Shown here in pieces: positions 37,420 through 52,400 of a stretch of DNA of 64,000 bases. The first letter of the stretch is position 1. Every line of letters begins with the position of its first letter. Under the pieces are notes generated by a model. The model was not told where the DNA came from and searched no databases. It saw only the letters and a list, made by a program, of their open reading frames with translations. The position numbers and the translations under genes are program-made. The DNA comes from Tubulanus polymorphus (Eukaryota; Animalia; Nemertea): positions 20,157,910-20,221,909 of the forward strand of contig NC_134031.1 in assembly GCF_964204645.1 (NCBI RefSeq). The letters run 5' to 3'.

Positions 37420-40400
37420 ATGGCTGGAAACGCGGGGATGGAACAGCTCATCCCCCTCGTCAATAAACTACAAGATGCATTCGCATCGCTAGGTGTCCCG
37501 TTAAGTTTGGATTTGCCCCAAATCGCTGTTGTTGGAAGTCAAAGCGCTGGAAAATCGAGCGTTCTGGAGAATTTTGTCGGGAGGTGAGTCATTACTCTTC
37601 CGGGTTTACTCAGTCCAGTTAGTGTATTTAGGGGGTGTTGACAATCACATGCTCGTCGTGCCTGAGTAGTTAGTTTATTCCTGGAAGTGAAAGACAGCAA
37701 CATTTACCCCGATTGATTGAGACCATAGCCTAATAGTTGCAAGGTGTTAAGCTAGATTTCTAGAATTATAAAACTATATGTATTTCTTATCAATATCAGC
37801 CAGTGACAGTGTCCACATATAGCATAGGGCCTAGTACAGAGAGTTCACCCAGTCCTGGAAGATGTGTTTGTTACAGGAGCTTGTATCAGAGTTGCTGGTA
37901 CTGCAAAAACTAAAATGTGTTTAATCCAGTATCTATGAAATAAATATGTCATATTGTTTATACTTTAGGCTATTTACTATATTGAAATATAGGCCTCCCT
38001 TTAAGTTTAGATTAATAGGCCAGGGCCCAGTTTCACGAAAAAGTGTAAGCCTAAATCGGTCAAGTTTGAATTGTTGTCCTCATTGAAGATTAGAATGACC
38101 AATAGCAATTACACCAGTAATTTGAGTTAAAAGTTATGGACTCTGATCGATAATTTTTGCTGTACCAACAACTCTGATAGGCCTTCCTTTAAGTTTAGAT
38201 TAATAGGCCAATGCCTAATTTTTTTCTTGAAAAAGTGTAAGCCTAAATCGGTCAAGTTTGAATTGTTGTCCTTATTGAAGATTAGAATGACCAATAGCAA
38301 TTACACCAGTAATTTGAGTTAAAAGTTATGGACTCTGATCGATATTTTTTGCTGTACCAACAACTCTGATAGGAGTTCTCCTGTGGTGACTCGTACTGTA
38401 GTACTAACACTCACACCTCAGTATGTTACACCTACAAGCAATTGTTTGAGATAATTGCTTGTATTACACAGTCACTTCAGTTCTTAATGAAAAATAAAAA
38501 AGTATAGAGTAGATAGGATTCAATAGATAGGCCAATACTGTACTGGTTGTATCTAGTACTAGGACTGGACAGACCCGACAGGGTTACCTCGCTGTATTTA
38601 TCCTGATTTCCTGACAAGATAAAATTTCGTCAACAATTCAAAATTATTCTTAATCATTTTAAACGTTCCAGGAAGCAAGACTGAGATCAGGGTATATTCT
38701 GTAGTATCGCTGTCAATGCAATTACTGCGATACTGTTGGACAGACTAATTTATGTGCTGAAGGGCTTCAGGCTTAGCTGATTAGCGGATTGAGTTAAAAA
38801 TGACGAGCAGGCCTCGAATGTATTACCCATATAGTCTTGATCCGCCATTTGGTACCATGTAGCAATCACTGGCCTAAATGCTTAGATTTAGTTGTCTTGT
38901 CATCACAAGCTACGATGTCATTACTATTTTTGGTGTGGTAGCATCGGCCTGTGTACTATATCTCAGTCAATGTGGCTTTTCCAAGAAATAAAAACAGCGA
39001 ACCACGTGAAGAATAAGTATACAGCAAAAAATCACTTAGCAGTAGAACTTGTTGCTCAATCCCGAGAATCCTGTTCTAATTTCTAGCTCTACAATCATTT
39101 ATCAATCTGGGTCCGGTTCTAGTAAGTCTCGTTCACCCTCAGGGGTCAGTTCCACAGTTGTGAGTTAAAGTTAACTCAGAGTTAAAATCAGTTCATTTTC
39201 AATGTTTTAACTCTAGAATCAAATTTAACTCAGAACTGTGGAACTGACCCCTGAGGGCGAACGAGACTTACTAGAACTTATCAGGGCAAACAATATTTTG
39301 TCGCCTGTGTGGTCAAACAAAGGCTTCCTCTGAAAGTACGATAGCTGGAGAAAACCTGGAAAACTCAGGGAATCGTAGAATCCTACATGCACAACTAAAT
39401 ATGAATTATTAAGAGTTCACTGATACAAAGAAATCTCGACTTTAGACTGATTTCATTTTTGGGTTTAGCTTCATGACTGTATCGAAGGATATATGACACT
39501 ATTTTGAACGGACACTGAATGATTTTGAGCGACTGTGGAAACCTGCGATTAGAATGTGAAATTTTATTGACGAATGGCATGGATTTTTAGTGTTGAATTA
39601 AGCACCGGGAAATAAGCCTTGATTTGCATGATTTATACTGATGATAGCTCGAGGTTGAATTTGAATTAGGTACCAATACCTAGTCTTCATGATAAAATGT
39701 ACTTAGTCTTTATGATAAAATGTACCTAGTCTTCATGATAAAATGTACCTAGTCTTTATGATAAAATGTACCTAGTCTTCGCCTTTAGCTACGGGAGTGA
39801 AATTACCGGTTTTGAACCCCGGAGAATTAAGCGCTCGCAGCTCTTGAATATGAGCTACTCGGCATGAAAAATGTTTATTTTACTAAATTTTATATCGTTG
39901 AATCAATAAACTGCGATGAGTGTCTTTAATAGTTCTCTAAATTACGTCGAATAAGATAAGAATTAATGAGAATATTTCAGTTTGTTTGTACTGAATATCA
40001 ATTGATCGACTCGCCCGTGTGGTTCAGTTAGAACCCGGTTAATTGGTTTCCTCAACGACGCAGCTGCTTGTTTCCGCGGCGACCGACCGACGATGAAATG
40101 GTTCTCACGACGACGATGACAAAAATTGACGTAATTAGATTTTATGTCGACGAATGAAAAGCAGTCGCTACATTTAAGTTCGGTCTCTTCTTCCGCTGCT
40201 GATCTTTTTTTTTCTCGTTGCCGGGCACGGTTATATACGTTGGTTTGGCAACTGTGCCAGTACGACGGGTTTGTTTCCATGGTTACTGGCTCATTTAGTG
40301 GGTTGAAACGAACTTATCACCGGTGGATCGATTGATCGATTGAATGCGATGTGATTTTTCCGTGTTTTCGGGGGGCAGGGACTCCGTCGCCGTTGACGTG

Positions 40401-43400
40401 AGATCAGAATGTTGATCGTGTGTTTGATGATTGATTTTTGCCGATTCGTCCTCGTCATCATCGCTGATACGGATCTCTCCCCTCACTCCCTCTCTCTCTC
40501 CACCCCCTCTCCCCTCCTCTTTACCTCTCCTGTCTGTTTTTATGTCCGATGTTGGGAATTGGGCCAGGATGTCAATGTTGTCCTCAATGAAAATGTTAAA
40601 GTAACCAATAGTTCATTCAAACTATTTTCCGGACCCTGGGTCATTTTTCAAGCGGACATATTCTCTGTCCTATCTGCATATTTGATGCTATACAGCCTGC
40701 CTGGAAGCAGTGCGGTGCGATGTATCGAGCTGTGTAATAGCGCGGTGCGATGTATCGAGCTGTGTTATAGCGCGGTGTGATGTATCGAGCTGTGTTATAG
40801 CGCGGTGCAATGTATCGAGCTGTGTTATAGCGCGGTGCGATGTATCGAGCTGTGTTATAGTGCGGTGCGATGTATCGCGCTGTGTTATAGCGCGGTGCAA
40901 TGTAGTGAGCTGTGTTATAGCGCGGTGCAATGTAGCGAGCTGTGTTATAGCACGATGCGATGTATCGAGCTGTGTTATAGCGCGGTGCGATGTATCGAGC
41001 TGTGTTATAGCGCGGTGCAATGTAGCGAGCTGTGTTATAGCACGATGCGATGTATCGAGCTGTGTTATAGCGCGGTGCGATGTATCGAGCCGTGTTATAA
41101 TGCGATGTATCGAGCTGTGTTATAGAGCGTTGCGATGACAGGGACACACGATCTCCTCATGAATGTTTATCAGCTACATTGATTAATCTGAATTTGCTGT
41201 TGGTATATGATATGTAACTAAGCGATGATGTCGGCAGGCGTAGGCGGTTGCCGGCTGAACTGATAAACAGTTAAACGCTATCAAATTAAGTCTTATTCAT
41301 TATCAGAGAGTCCAGGAATATGAAAATTTCAAAATGTGATTTCCTGTTTCGGTATTATTTGGTAATTTGTGCGCATGAGACGATTTCCTTAATCACAGGT
41401 CGCCTATAGTTGTCTTACTTCGGAAAACCGCCATTTTTTTAAATCGCGCAAAAATCACCAAAAAATTACCTAGTGCTGCATAAAAATAATGTCATTATTG
41501 ACAGGGCATTTTTTCAGAAACTGCAGCTGGCTTCCATGTGAACTCTTGATTGAACCCCTAGCACACTAACTGTACGATGAGACTCATGGGACTTGTTGTT
41601 GATTGGTTTATTTAATTAGTTTGTGGTGTCGTTAATTAGTTTAGACCCTCAAGTGCAATAGCAGGTATGATTATTTCTACGTGTGTTGCTATCTCTTTTT
41701 ACTTGATGATTTGTTGCAGCTTGAGAACGACAGCAGATGTATGCATGTATGTATGACCCGTGATACTTGTTTAGTCATTTTCGTCTCGTGTACATGCTGA
41801 TCTTTTCTTGGAAAGGAAATCTCTTTAATCTGAGAAATAAAACTGAGATTACAACTCTGCTGAGTGAAAACCTTAGTCCTTAAATCTGCTTCAAGTGATA
41901 ACTGATTCCTATTGGTGAATCCAGAGGTAGGCGCATGCGGCCGACCAAACATTTTTAAAACATGGTCAATATCATGGTCAAACTTCCTGGAAGTTTTTTC
42001 CTTGAAAACTCATTAGATCCCGGAATGACCAGTAATAACCCTGATTTTGAAAAAGAAAAAACCGATACCTGAAGTATCTGAGGTTGATACTATAAACAAT
42101 TTTTTCATATGAAAGCAATTATTGTGTTCAGTTAAAAGGGAGCTGCTTAGAGGTAGTGACTGGATTCATGTGTTCAGTGATAGATCCGTGGGTACCGTTG
42201 GTTCAGTACGTGCCTGTAGGTGGTTGTGGTTGTGCGATCGATAGAGTCACAGTTTCTATGGTATCGAAATCACAATCGATTCGATGTAGTCGAGTATCAC
42301 AGGAGCGAGTTCCGTGAGCTACAACAACAACACCACCACCACGTGAAGTGCTCACGAGGAAGAGAGATATAAGGGAACAAACGACTCAATCAGATAAGAA
42401 TAGATGGTGGAATGATTGTCTAAAGACTTTCATGTCACTGCTGCACTATTGGACCGAATAATAGCCTCGATAAAATATCTTCAGTACTATGGAGAAACTT
42501 TCTACGCTACTTTATCCTCGCTGGTGGTGGTAACAGGTTGCTGGCAGTCGCCGGGCTGACCTGGACCTGCCGGGCTGACCTGAACCTGCCGGGCTGACCT
42601 AAACCGGCCATTAGTAATAATAGTCTTACTGGGGGAACTGTTTATCATGGTCAATTGTTGAACAAGTCTATCTACAACTGATAACTGTATCTGGTAAGGT
42701 TTATCAGGTTGAGTCGCAGTCGACCTGAATGCTCTGAGACCAACGAATTGGCAATCATCACCTAAACGACCTGAGCTAGGCTTTAAGGATGATGATGATG
42801 CATCTGAGTTGACAGGTTATCCGTAAAAGCGTTCGGAGTTGTCATTTTCAGCTCGGTCACCGCTGTTTATAACAGCTAGACGCGCAGTGGTGCTATTACA
42901 CGTCTTACGAGGTTAATTCGATGTAGAAACTTCCATTAATAAGACATTAATCGTCAGTGAAGGCCGAGACAGTAATATATAGTAGCGCGTATACAGGTTA
43001 TTGATGAGCAGTTTCTGAAGGGTCATACGCTTGTTTACTTACAATAAAGAGAAGAGCACAATTTCTGCTATATACAGCGCGCTTGTTGCGGCTGCTGAGA
43101 AATCAATGCCATAGTATTTGCTTTTACATATAATAATGCCGGATATGATTTATTATTGGAAATGTATATCATTGAAGAACTAGTGTGTACTACAAAAGTG
43201 AAAAAGATTGTTTAATTCTAATTTCCCTTAAATCGAATTTAGACACGTATAAATCAGAATAGAATCAGTAAGATAATGTTATCGCGACAAACTATAAATT
43301 CCAGACCTGCTGGAATTTTATAGTTTGTCCTGGTTAAGGTTAAAGATTAGAACTTAGATACTGAAATTTTCGGATGTCTTTGGAAATTGTTGGCCGTCCC

Positions 43401-46400
43401 GGAAACTGGCGATCTCTTATCCCTCGAAGCAAATTTCAGGGGTTGGCGATGGATATTTCTCCGAGTTGAGAGCGATATCCAAGTTGGATGGTTTTTAATT
43501 CATACGCAGGATCAGATGGATATTTTGAACAAACATCCGAACGTTTTATCTCTGAATTGATTGGATCCGACTTGAGTGAAGCCTAACTGTATATTATATA
43601 TCCGTGTGATTGGAATTTTTGATGACAGTCGCTTCGTATCGATCAGGAGAGAGAGAGTGCTCTATACCTAATTAAAATCAGCTCGCGTTAAAAACCAATT
43701 GATCAAAAACAAACGCCAGTGAAGATCAATAACTTATAATGTCGTGCTGATAACGCAGTAGCCGTATTACCGGTACATGAAAACAAAATTACCATCGGTA
43801 CTGTTGGTAGCCGTCTCTCCATTACGTGGGGGCTCGGTTCTTAACGGTATTTGGTAGTTGCAACCAATTTTGGAATGAAATTTGTGTTTGAATTGAGTTC
43901 ATTATTGATGGGTGAAATTTAAAGAAAATTTACCGATTGCAAATCATGGCATCAAAAATTAAGACGAAAATTTCAGGAAAAACTTTTTTCGAATCATGAT
44001 GAACTAAAAGATTTTGTGATATTACGGTTTAAGAGTATTGTCTACAATCAACAATTTTGATGTTGTAAAAATGTATTCTCGTGCTGGAAGGTTATATGAT
44101 TGTTATGATTATTTCATGGATATCTTTCATTGTCGCCACATCGGTGGTATACACCATTATCGTCAGTCACAGATTTCTGTGAGGTTTTTATATTTGTCAA
44201 TCGATCGAACTATTGATCAATATTAGATCAATCGCGCTGCGTATTATAATGTAACATGTATATGTCTCAGCCTCAGGCTCCTCGCGATGCTTAAAGTATC
44301 GTCATTACCACGCCGAGGACTCGATAGATACTCAATAGTCTTGTGACTATGGTTAGACATGTCGGGTAGTCTGGTGACTACGCTTAGAAATGTTGGGTAG
44401 TCTGGTGATAGTTGCTGATATTCTTCGCCAAAAGACGACAAACGATTCGGTCAATTAATATCATTAGCATTCGACATTTCGCAGTCGTGGTTCAGTAATT
44501 ACGCCATTGACCATTACCACATGCGATTCGCTACTGTCTGCTGATGTTTGCAGAGCTTAGCGTTGTCCTCACTCTCTCATACTTATCCTTATCATCAATT
44601 GTGACTTGTCGTGAGTTGTGTAAGGATTGATTTTGAACGATGACGATGAACGACGATGTTGCGTTCGTGCGTTTGAGACGAATGAATTGCTATCGAGGGA
44701 ATTCGATCGATTAGTTTCTACACGAGTTCAACATCTCGATCCAGATTCTGGACATATCTCGCAGTTTTGCTTCTACACAGGAAGATAATCCCTCAACGGA
44801 GCTGCTCAGCATCTGGTTCCGTTTCCGCGGTCTTCGCGATGTTGGTGTCAAAATAAGTTCCTTTAGTGGCAAAGTTCAAATAGTTCTGTCATTGTTCTCA
44901 ATTACACGGGGCTGGCATTCATTTAGCGTGTTATATTATGAAGCTTTTGAAGCATTGAAAATGAAGCTTCATTCAGGTGTAAGCTCTCATTACTGTGATT
45001 GTCACACATTCACACATTTAAATCTATTTCCGATGAACTCGGGTCATTTGCATTTGTCGATTAGAGCGTAATTAATTTTTCAAAAAGAAGAACATTTCAC
45101 AAAACCAACTGAAATCTTTTAGCAAACAATTTTATAGCATCATTGATATCAACTTGCGTGCAGGGGTGGAAGATTTCTTAATGGGGGAGGTTGATTTTGG
45201 GAGAGATGGATGTAAAGTTGGCGGGATTTCATCATTCACGTTTAGCTCGATCTTTAACGTTCACATCGCGCTATCGTAGTTATGGTAGATGGATTTTTCG
45301 AGAGAAAAAAAATATGACTGATTTGACAGTTGAAAGCATCTCGGCAAATATCATGACAGATCTTTCGCACGCGTTCAGTCCCCTAATGTAATTTTCACGC
45401 GGCTTCAACGCCGTTAAGAGCAGTTGAAATGATTATAAATATTTATTTGTGGAGATATTTTGTTTTCAAAATTTAGCGAATCCATCGAGATGCAGAGAAG
45501 CCTGAACTGTTACTGATAAGACCGATTTGTCACTCTTTCATGAAAATTACCAGTTTGATATGTTTGATGTTTACACACTTGTCTTTCGTAACTGATTTAT
45601 TCACACATTTTCTCTCAACGAATTTCATTGAATTTTTGCTGAAACTTTGTAACTGAAAATGCGCATGTCAACAAGCAGGGCGCAGGTCGGCCTTGTGACT
45701 GCCAGTAATGTCGTCATTCGTCGCACGAACCCATTGATCCTACGCGCTATTCCAACCGCCAAAACTTCCCCAAACCATTATTTTCAAACACGGTTTTTAC
45801 ATTAAATTCATTGCACTGAATTCACTTTCTCTCTATTTGCAGGGATTTCTTGCCGCGAGGTTCTGGAATCGTTACGAGACGACCGCTTGTACTACAACTA
45901 AACAACCACGGTCACGGTGAGTGTCGATCAATATTTCATCGAGGTCTTCATTTTCTTTTTTCTACATGGAATGTAATACGATCCATTAAACATCACGCGG
46001 AGGTTTTTCCAATATGTTTAAGTTTTCTTAGTTATAAGCCCTTTACTAGGAAGGAAAGATTGTCGGTAGTGATCAGTAGTAGGCCTGTAGTAGGGTGGAA
46101 GCTTGTTGGTAGTGAAAGGGCTCAACTCTGATCCAGATTCAACCAGGTTTACTGTACATTACGGGTCACTGTTTAATCTCTATTGCTGTGTGTTTGTTGT
46201 TTTGTAGAGTATGCCGAATTCTTACACTGCAAGGGTAAAAAATTCACCGATTTCGACCTCGTACGTAAAGAGATCGAAGATGAAACCGATCGCGTCACCG
46301 GCTCAAATAAAGGCATATCAAATGCACCGATTAACCTGAGAGTCTTCTCACCAAACGGTAAGTATTTCATCCCACAGTCGATATATGACTTTGTTTTTTT

Positions 46401-49400
46401 CAGAGAATTTGAAGATTTGTTTCATATATTTATTAGAACACACTTTAAGAAGTTACCAACTGTGTCTGTTCCTGATAATGATATGCCATGTCAGTGTTAT
46501 TCGTCCCTGGAACTTTAATTTTCTTGAAATATCTTCTCCTGATGGAGACATTCACAGGCAGACAGTCTTGAATATTCTATTACAGCGAAGTGCTTTCACT
46601 TCGCTAGATGCTATTATATAGATACATATAGTATATAGCATCGCTGATTGTATTTTTTATGCAGTTTTGTGTTGATAACATCTGTCACGTTACCAGTCCT
46701 CATGATATCCTAATAGGATTGAGGCAAACTATGCAAGTTCCCATTCTAGATTTCCCTGAACTAATGAATGAACCAAAAACAAATTACCACAAGAAACTGC
46801 CATAGGCAGATTGATAAGTGTATTGTAGTTAAATTCTATCAGGTGTAGCCCCGATCAGACCTCTCCCCCAATTATTTCGAGTCCATCAAATGTGTAATCC
46901 AATTTATGATTAAAGAGATGTCTCTAGTGGTAACTCAATTACAACGAGCAAACAGGTTGAAAAAATGCACTATTTTCTATATCTTTTTTTTTCAGTTTTG
47001 AACCTGACATTGATTGATTTGCCGGGTATGACACGTGTAGCGGTCGGCGACCAACCGGTCGACATCGAGCAGCAGATTCGTAGTATGGTGATGGAATTCA
47101 TCGGTAACGCTAACTGCCTCATTCTCGCCGTTTCACCGGCAAATACCGATTTAGCGAATTCTGACGCGTTGAAAATCGCGAAGGAAGTCGATCCACAAGG
47201 TAATTAAAAACTTCTCAGAAACGTATACCTTACAATTTGGCCTTGTTTCATTTTTCAGGGAAATCAGGGAAAAGTAGGAGAAATTTGTAATGACATGGTT
47301 CCCAGGGAAATTGGGAAAAACTTGGGAATTTTGAATTCATATAACTGTGGGAACCATGTAATGAAAAAAAGCTGAAAATTAGGGATAAGTGAATATTGAA
47401 ATTGCTAAAGACAGTTTCTGTTTATGTCTTACGTATCAATTCAAGTCGGATATTTGACTGTGTTGATTCAAGTCAGGGAGAGCGACGTGCATATCAGGGA
47501 ATAGTAGGAAAAAGCCAGCAATCTAAGAGAAGCTGTAATTTCATCAAGAGCTTTTATTATTATTTTAGTTGATTTAAGATTTATCCTTAGGAGCTAATTC
47601 CGTAGCCTGTCTAGCCATCGAAACAGATGATCTTGATCTTGATTATTTTACTGCGTTGGCTGTTTCGTATGAATTGGGAATTTCTCGCCGCTAAAAGCTA
47701 CAGAATGGTCCTCGTCTGACACAACACTAATTGATATGCTGGTGCTCATAACCACTTACAACATCTGTAATGACTGCTCTAACACCAATTTAGGAATGTC
47801 CTTTAGTTACTTACGACCAAACAGCTAACTGCTCGAAATCCAGAACAGACCGAAATAGTAAAAACCTAACTAACAGCTTGGAGAAACATAACTGAACTGA
47901 CTTTATTCTACACTATTTACACTGACTTGAGAAAAATTGCCCGAAACAATAAAGCGGGATTGATTACATGCAGACATTTAAACATTAACACAAATTTTGA
48001 GACAACTGATTTTAAGAGTAGTTATTGATACGCAATCGACCGTCGACCTTGTACTTTCGTTTTATGTATTGATGATCGTAATAGCCATCACAATCGTAAT
48101 CGTTACCATTATCAATATCCCTGTCTGAATCATAGGCGCTTTCATTGTCTCGCATTTTTAACCTGTCCAATTTTGACAGCAATCCACGTATCTCTCTGCG
48201 TTGTCTGTCGACCTTTTTATCTCTCTCATCGAGTTCCGCATCAAGGTCATCTAGACGCTCTGTGAGGTCGTCCTCTTTTTCCCGTGCTTCTTCTACAGAG
48301 ATGATTCTGCATTCGGTTTGAGTTTCAGCGTCTCTTGTAGCGCGTACGGCCTGAATTGCAGAATTTGCGGTCACCGGTTTACACATAACGCTAGCGTTTG
48401 ACGTTCGTGTACTGGCGGATTCTTTGACCGCCGCGGACGCTTCAGCAGTCTTAGATTCCAGAAGAGTAATTCCTTCAGCGATAGAATCCAGCAGCTTCTG
48501 ATGATCTCTTCTCATCGTGTTTATCCATTGCGGTTCGGATTGAGACTGAATCTCAAACGGTTGACCCCACGTCAGGTTGACTCTGATACCGCCGTCATCG
48601 GTATGGATGCTCCAAGATGTCGGTTTGCTCGAATAGCCAGCCTCTTGAAGAGCGACAATCACAGCTTGCGGAAGAGCATTCATTTTTTTGTCGCAGTGTA
48701 CGTACTATAGGACCTTGGTAGCGCTCAACTTTCAACGTAGCTTACAAGCAGATTTAAAGAGTAGTGACTTGACTAGCAGCTTGGAACAGCAAAACTGATC
48801 TGACTTTATTTTACGCGCAAGCTATTTGTATACATTAAGACACAAGCCAGGTATAGATATGGTAATTGATGTAAAAACAAAGGTGACTGAGCAGTGACAT
48901 GACATTGAGACAAACAACAATTAATGCATTCCGACACAGACAAACTGTCTCAAACAACAAAGAGGGTTATATATGAAAGATCTTGGCAAACTAGGGGGTA
49001 ATTATATGATACAATAGTGAATATGAATATAAATTGAACTGTATAGTTAGATTTAGAGACAAACTAGAGGGTACTTACAATAGTGAATACAAGTTGAGAA
49101 AGAGTGATCACATTTAAATATTGATTAAGGAATATGAAACATAGATTAAAGATGTTCAATAATTATGAGTAGATTTTAGCTTTGTTATATTCCTGTTTTC
49201 TGAAAGTCCAGAAATGAAACATAAAAATGATATGATTTAGGCCTTTATAAGATAGAATTAGTATATGTAATAGAAGATGTATTTATACTGATTCACTCTC
49301 ATTTTCCCTCCAGCCATTTTCCCTCCATACAAAATCCATCAATCATTATCCCTCCAGTTACTTTCCCTTCAAAAACATACATTTTTCTGTATGTGTACCG

Positions 49401-52400
49401 TTAATGAATCCGGGACCATTCTTACGTCCAAAATCCCACACCGAGAATCCCGGAGATTCGAGTCGAAGTTATCTCATTGAAAATGAACTAACAGTTAACT
49501 GTATGGAACTACTAAAATGTATATTTTCTGCTTATTTCATAGGTTTACGAACTATAGGTGTTATAACAAAATTAGATTTAATGGATGAAGGTACAGACGC
49601 CAAGGACATATTAGAAAATCGAACATTGCCATTACGAAGAGGTTTGTATAATAATAGTAATGATAATGATGATAATAATGATATTTACAAGTCATCTTTA
49701 ACGGTTTAATTTCGCTCATTTACAGGATACGTAGGTGTAGTGAACAGAAGTCAGAAAGATATCGACGGACGGAAAGACATTAAGGCGGCCATGGCAGCCG
49801 AGCGAAAATTCTTCCTCAGTCATCCTTGCTACAGGTTGGTATCGAGATTCACGCGGAAAGAAAAGATTTTTTGCTCAGAAAATTATTTTTAAAAATTTTT
49901 TTAACCTGAAAAAATGATGGAAATGTGTGAAAAATTTTGTTGTGCGCAGTACCTAGGACAAGTGTGAAAAATCTTGAAAAATTATTTAGAAAATGTTAAA
50001 AAATCCTGGAACCAGATGCACAGTCTTTACTTTATTCCAAAAGTGATCCTAGATCCTGAGACAGGATTTGCTATGGAAATGAAGATGGTCTAAGACTGGT
50101 CTTAAATCTAAGACCGGCCCCTGGTATTTTGTTGTTAACTTCGAAGTCTAAAAATACAACATAGGGTTTACTCCCACACTGAAATGCACCTATCATCTTT
50201 GTTGATAAGAGGAAATAGGGCACTCTTAAATTTTGATGGAGTTGTACAAGTCCATCCTTGCTAACAATGTCCTTTGTAGTAACCTGGTTTCTGGACGAAT
50301 GCCTCGTTATGATTTGTTTTCGATATTTCAGACACATGGCAGATAAAATGGGTACGCCATATTTACAACGCGTACTCAACCAGCAACTGACCAATCACAT
50401 TCGCGACACGTTGCCGGCGCTGCGCAACAAACTGCAATCGCAACTGATCAGCATCGAAAAAGACGTCGAGGAATTCAAGAATTTCCGACCGGACGACCCA
50501 GCCCGTAAAACAAAGGCCATGTTACAGTAAGTACCGTTTACTAGGTCATTCATATATCAAGTCAAAGCTGTGTACGAGTAAACTTACTTTGTAGGGATCC
50601 ATGAATATATTTCACTATATCTTACAGATTTAAGCAGGTTTATCTAGGGTTAAAACTCATTTGAAATCCATTATTTTCTCAAATTCGATTACATTGATCG
50701 AAATCACGCCCAGATCTGCACTATATTTCCTTATTTAATTAACCTTCTATTATATCGAACAATTTTTGGTGATAATACTCCAAATGTTAAAGTAGTCAGG
50801 TCCTAATATTGCATATACGAGCGCTACAAAAATTAACTGATTTTGATCTATTTGGCCCACGCTTGAAGAATCAAAAAGATATCCTATTTTTAACTAAATG
50901 TCGTAATGGTATCAATAGAAACCTTGTAAAGAGTAAAAACGTTGATGTTTCAGAATGATTCAACAATTCGGCGTCGATTTTGACGAAAAGATCGAAGGAG
51001 CCGGAACCGAAGTGAACACTGCCGAGTTATCGGGCGGCGCGAAAATCAATCGCATATTCCACGAACGATTTCCATTCGAATTAGTCAAGGTCAGTGCGGA
51101 GACCGTTTGATTTTATAAAACTAGGTATCTTTTTTTTAAATTCATTTACTGTAATGTCTGTGTTTTCTTGGAATTCAGATGGAATTTGATGAGAAGGAAT
51201 TAAGAAAGGAAATAAGCATAGCAATTAAAAATATCCACGCCATCAGGTTAGTGCTGCACTGGCGCTTCAATGCCCGCTTCATACCTTCGAGTTATTGAGG
51301 AAACCAATTTTCTACTCAAAATTGATGAGCCAAAAACAGTTCCATAGTTCAGGCTTGAAAATAAAACCCTGAGATTGTAAAATCGGCTAGTTTTGACTCA
51401 AATGTTAAGAACAGTGCAAGTATTAGTTGACAGAGTCTGTATTTGATATATGGGATGAAACACCTCACAAATAGTCCCTTAGTCACTCTGAGGTCAGTTT
51501 TTCAATTGTAAAATATAATTGAATCTAGAGTTAAGTAATTGAAAATAGTCAAATTTAACTATTTGATATTGGGTTAGGATTTCTGGGGTAAAACAATGTG
51601 AACTGATATTGAGTCCTAGTCTGTAATTTAGCGACGACACTAATCTAGATATTGCTGTATTCATATTTCTATAGGACGGGTCTATTTACACCTGACAAAG
51701 CGTTCGAAACGATCGTCAAACGACAAATCGAGAAATTAAAAGAACCGTGTTTGAAATGCGTCGACATGTGCGTAACAGAATTGACAAATGTCGTACGTAA
51801 ATGTACTGGAAAGGTGCGTATTATCAAGAGGTCCGAGAAGCTACGAGATTTCTCATCATTTTAGGAAACATCAGATACCAGTGTTATAGACTGGTATTAA
51901 GTGGCCGCCCTGTATAAACTGATGAAATCATCTTGATCCAGTTCCACAGTTGTGAGTTAAGATTTGACTCAAGAGTTAACTCATTGAAAATGAACTGATT
52001 TAAACTCAGAGTTAACTCTAACTCACGACTGTAGAACCGGACCCAGTCTACCATCAGCTCATGACATGTCGTTCTATGATTGTGATTTGTTCGTTGTATT
52101 CGTAGATGTGTCGATATCCGCGGTTACGCGAAGAGACCGAACGTATAGTGAACATGTACATTCGCGAACAGGAGTCGAAATCGAAGGAACAATTGATATT
52201 ACTGGTGAATATACAACTCGCCTACATGAATACAAACCACGAGGATTTCATCGGTTTCGCAAAGTGAGTAAATCACCGAGGTCAAACACGGTCGTAGCTC
52301 GGTCGTCCCTAACTGAAAACTGACGGTTTGTAGTTATTCGGGGATCGAATCGGTATCGCGAACATACGCGCTATAAAGAAATTATATTTCAATTGTTTGT

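Noticed and set aside
40641-41147. Four overlapping repetitive ORFs ([20 protein letters not shown], etc.)
   Set aside because: By-products of a 30-bp intronic minisatellite open in several frames on both strands.
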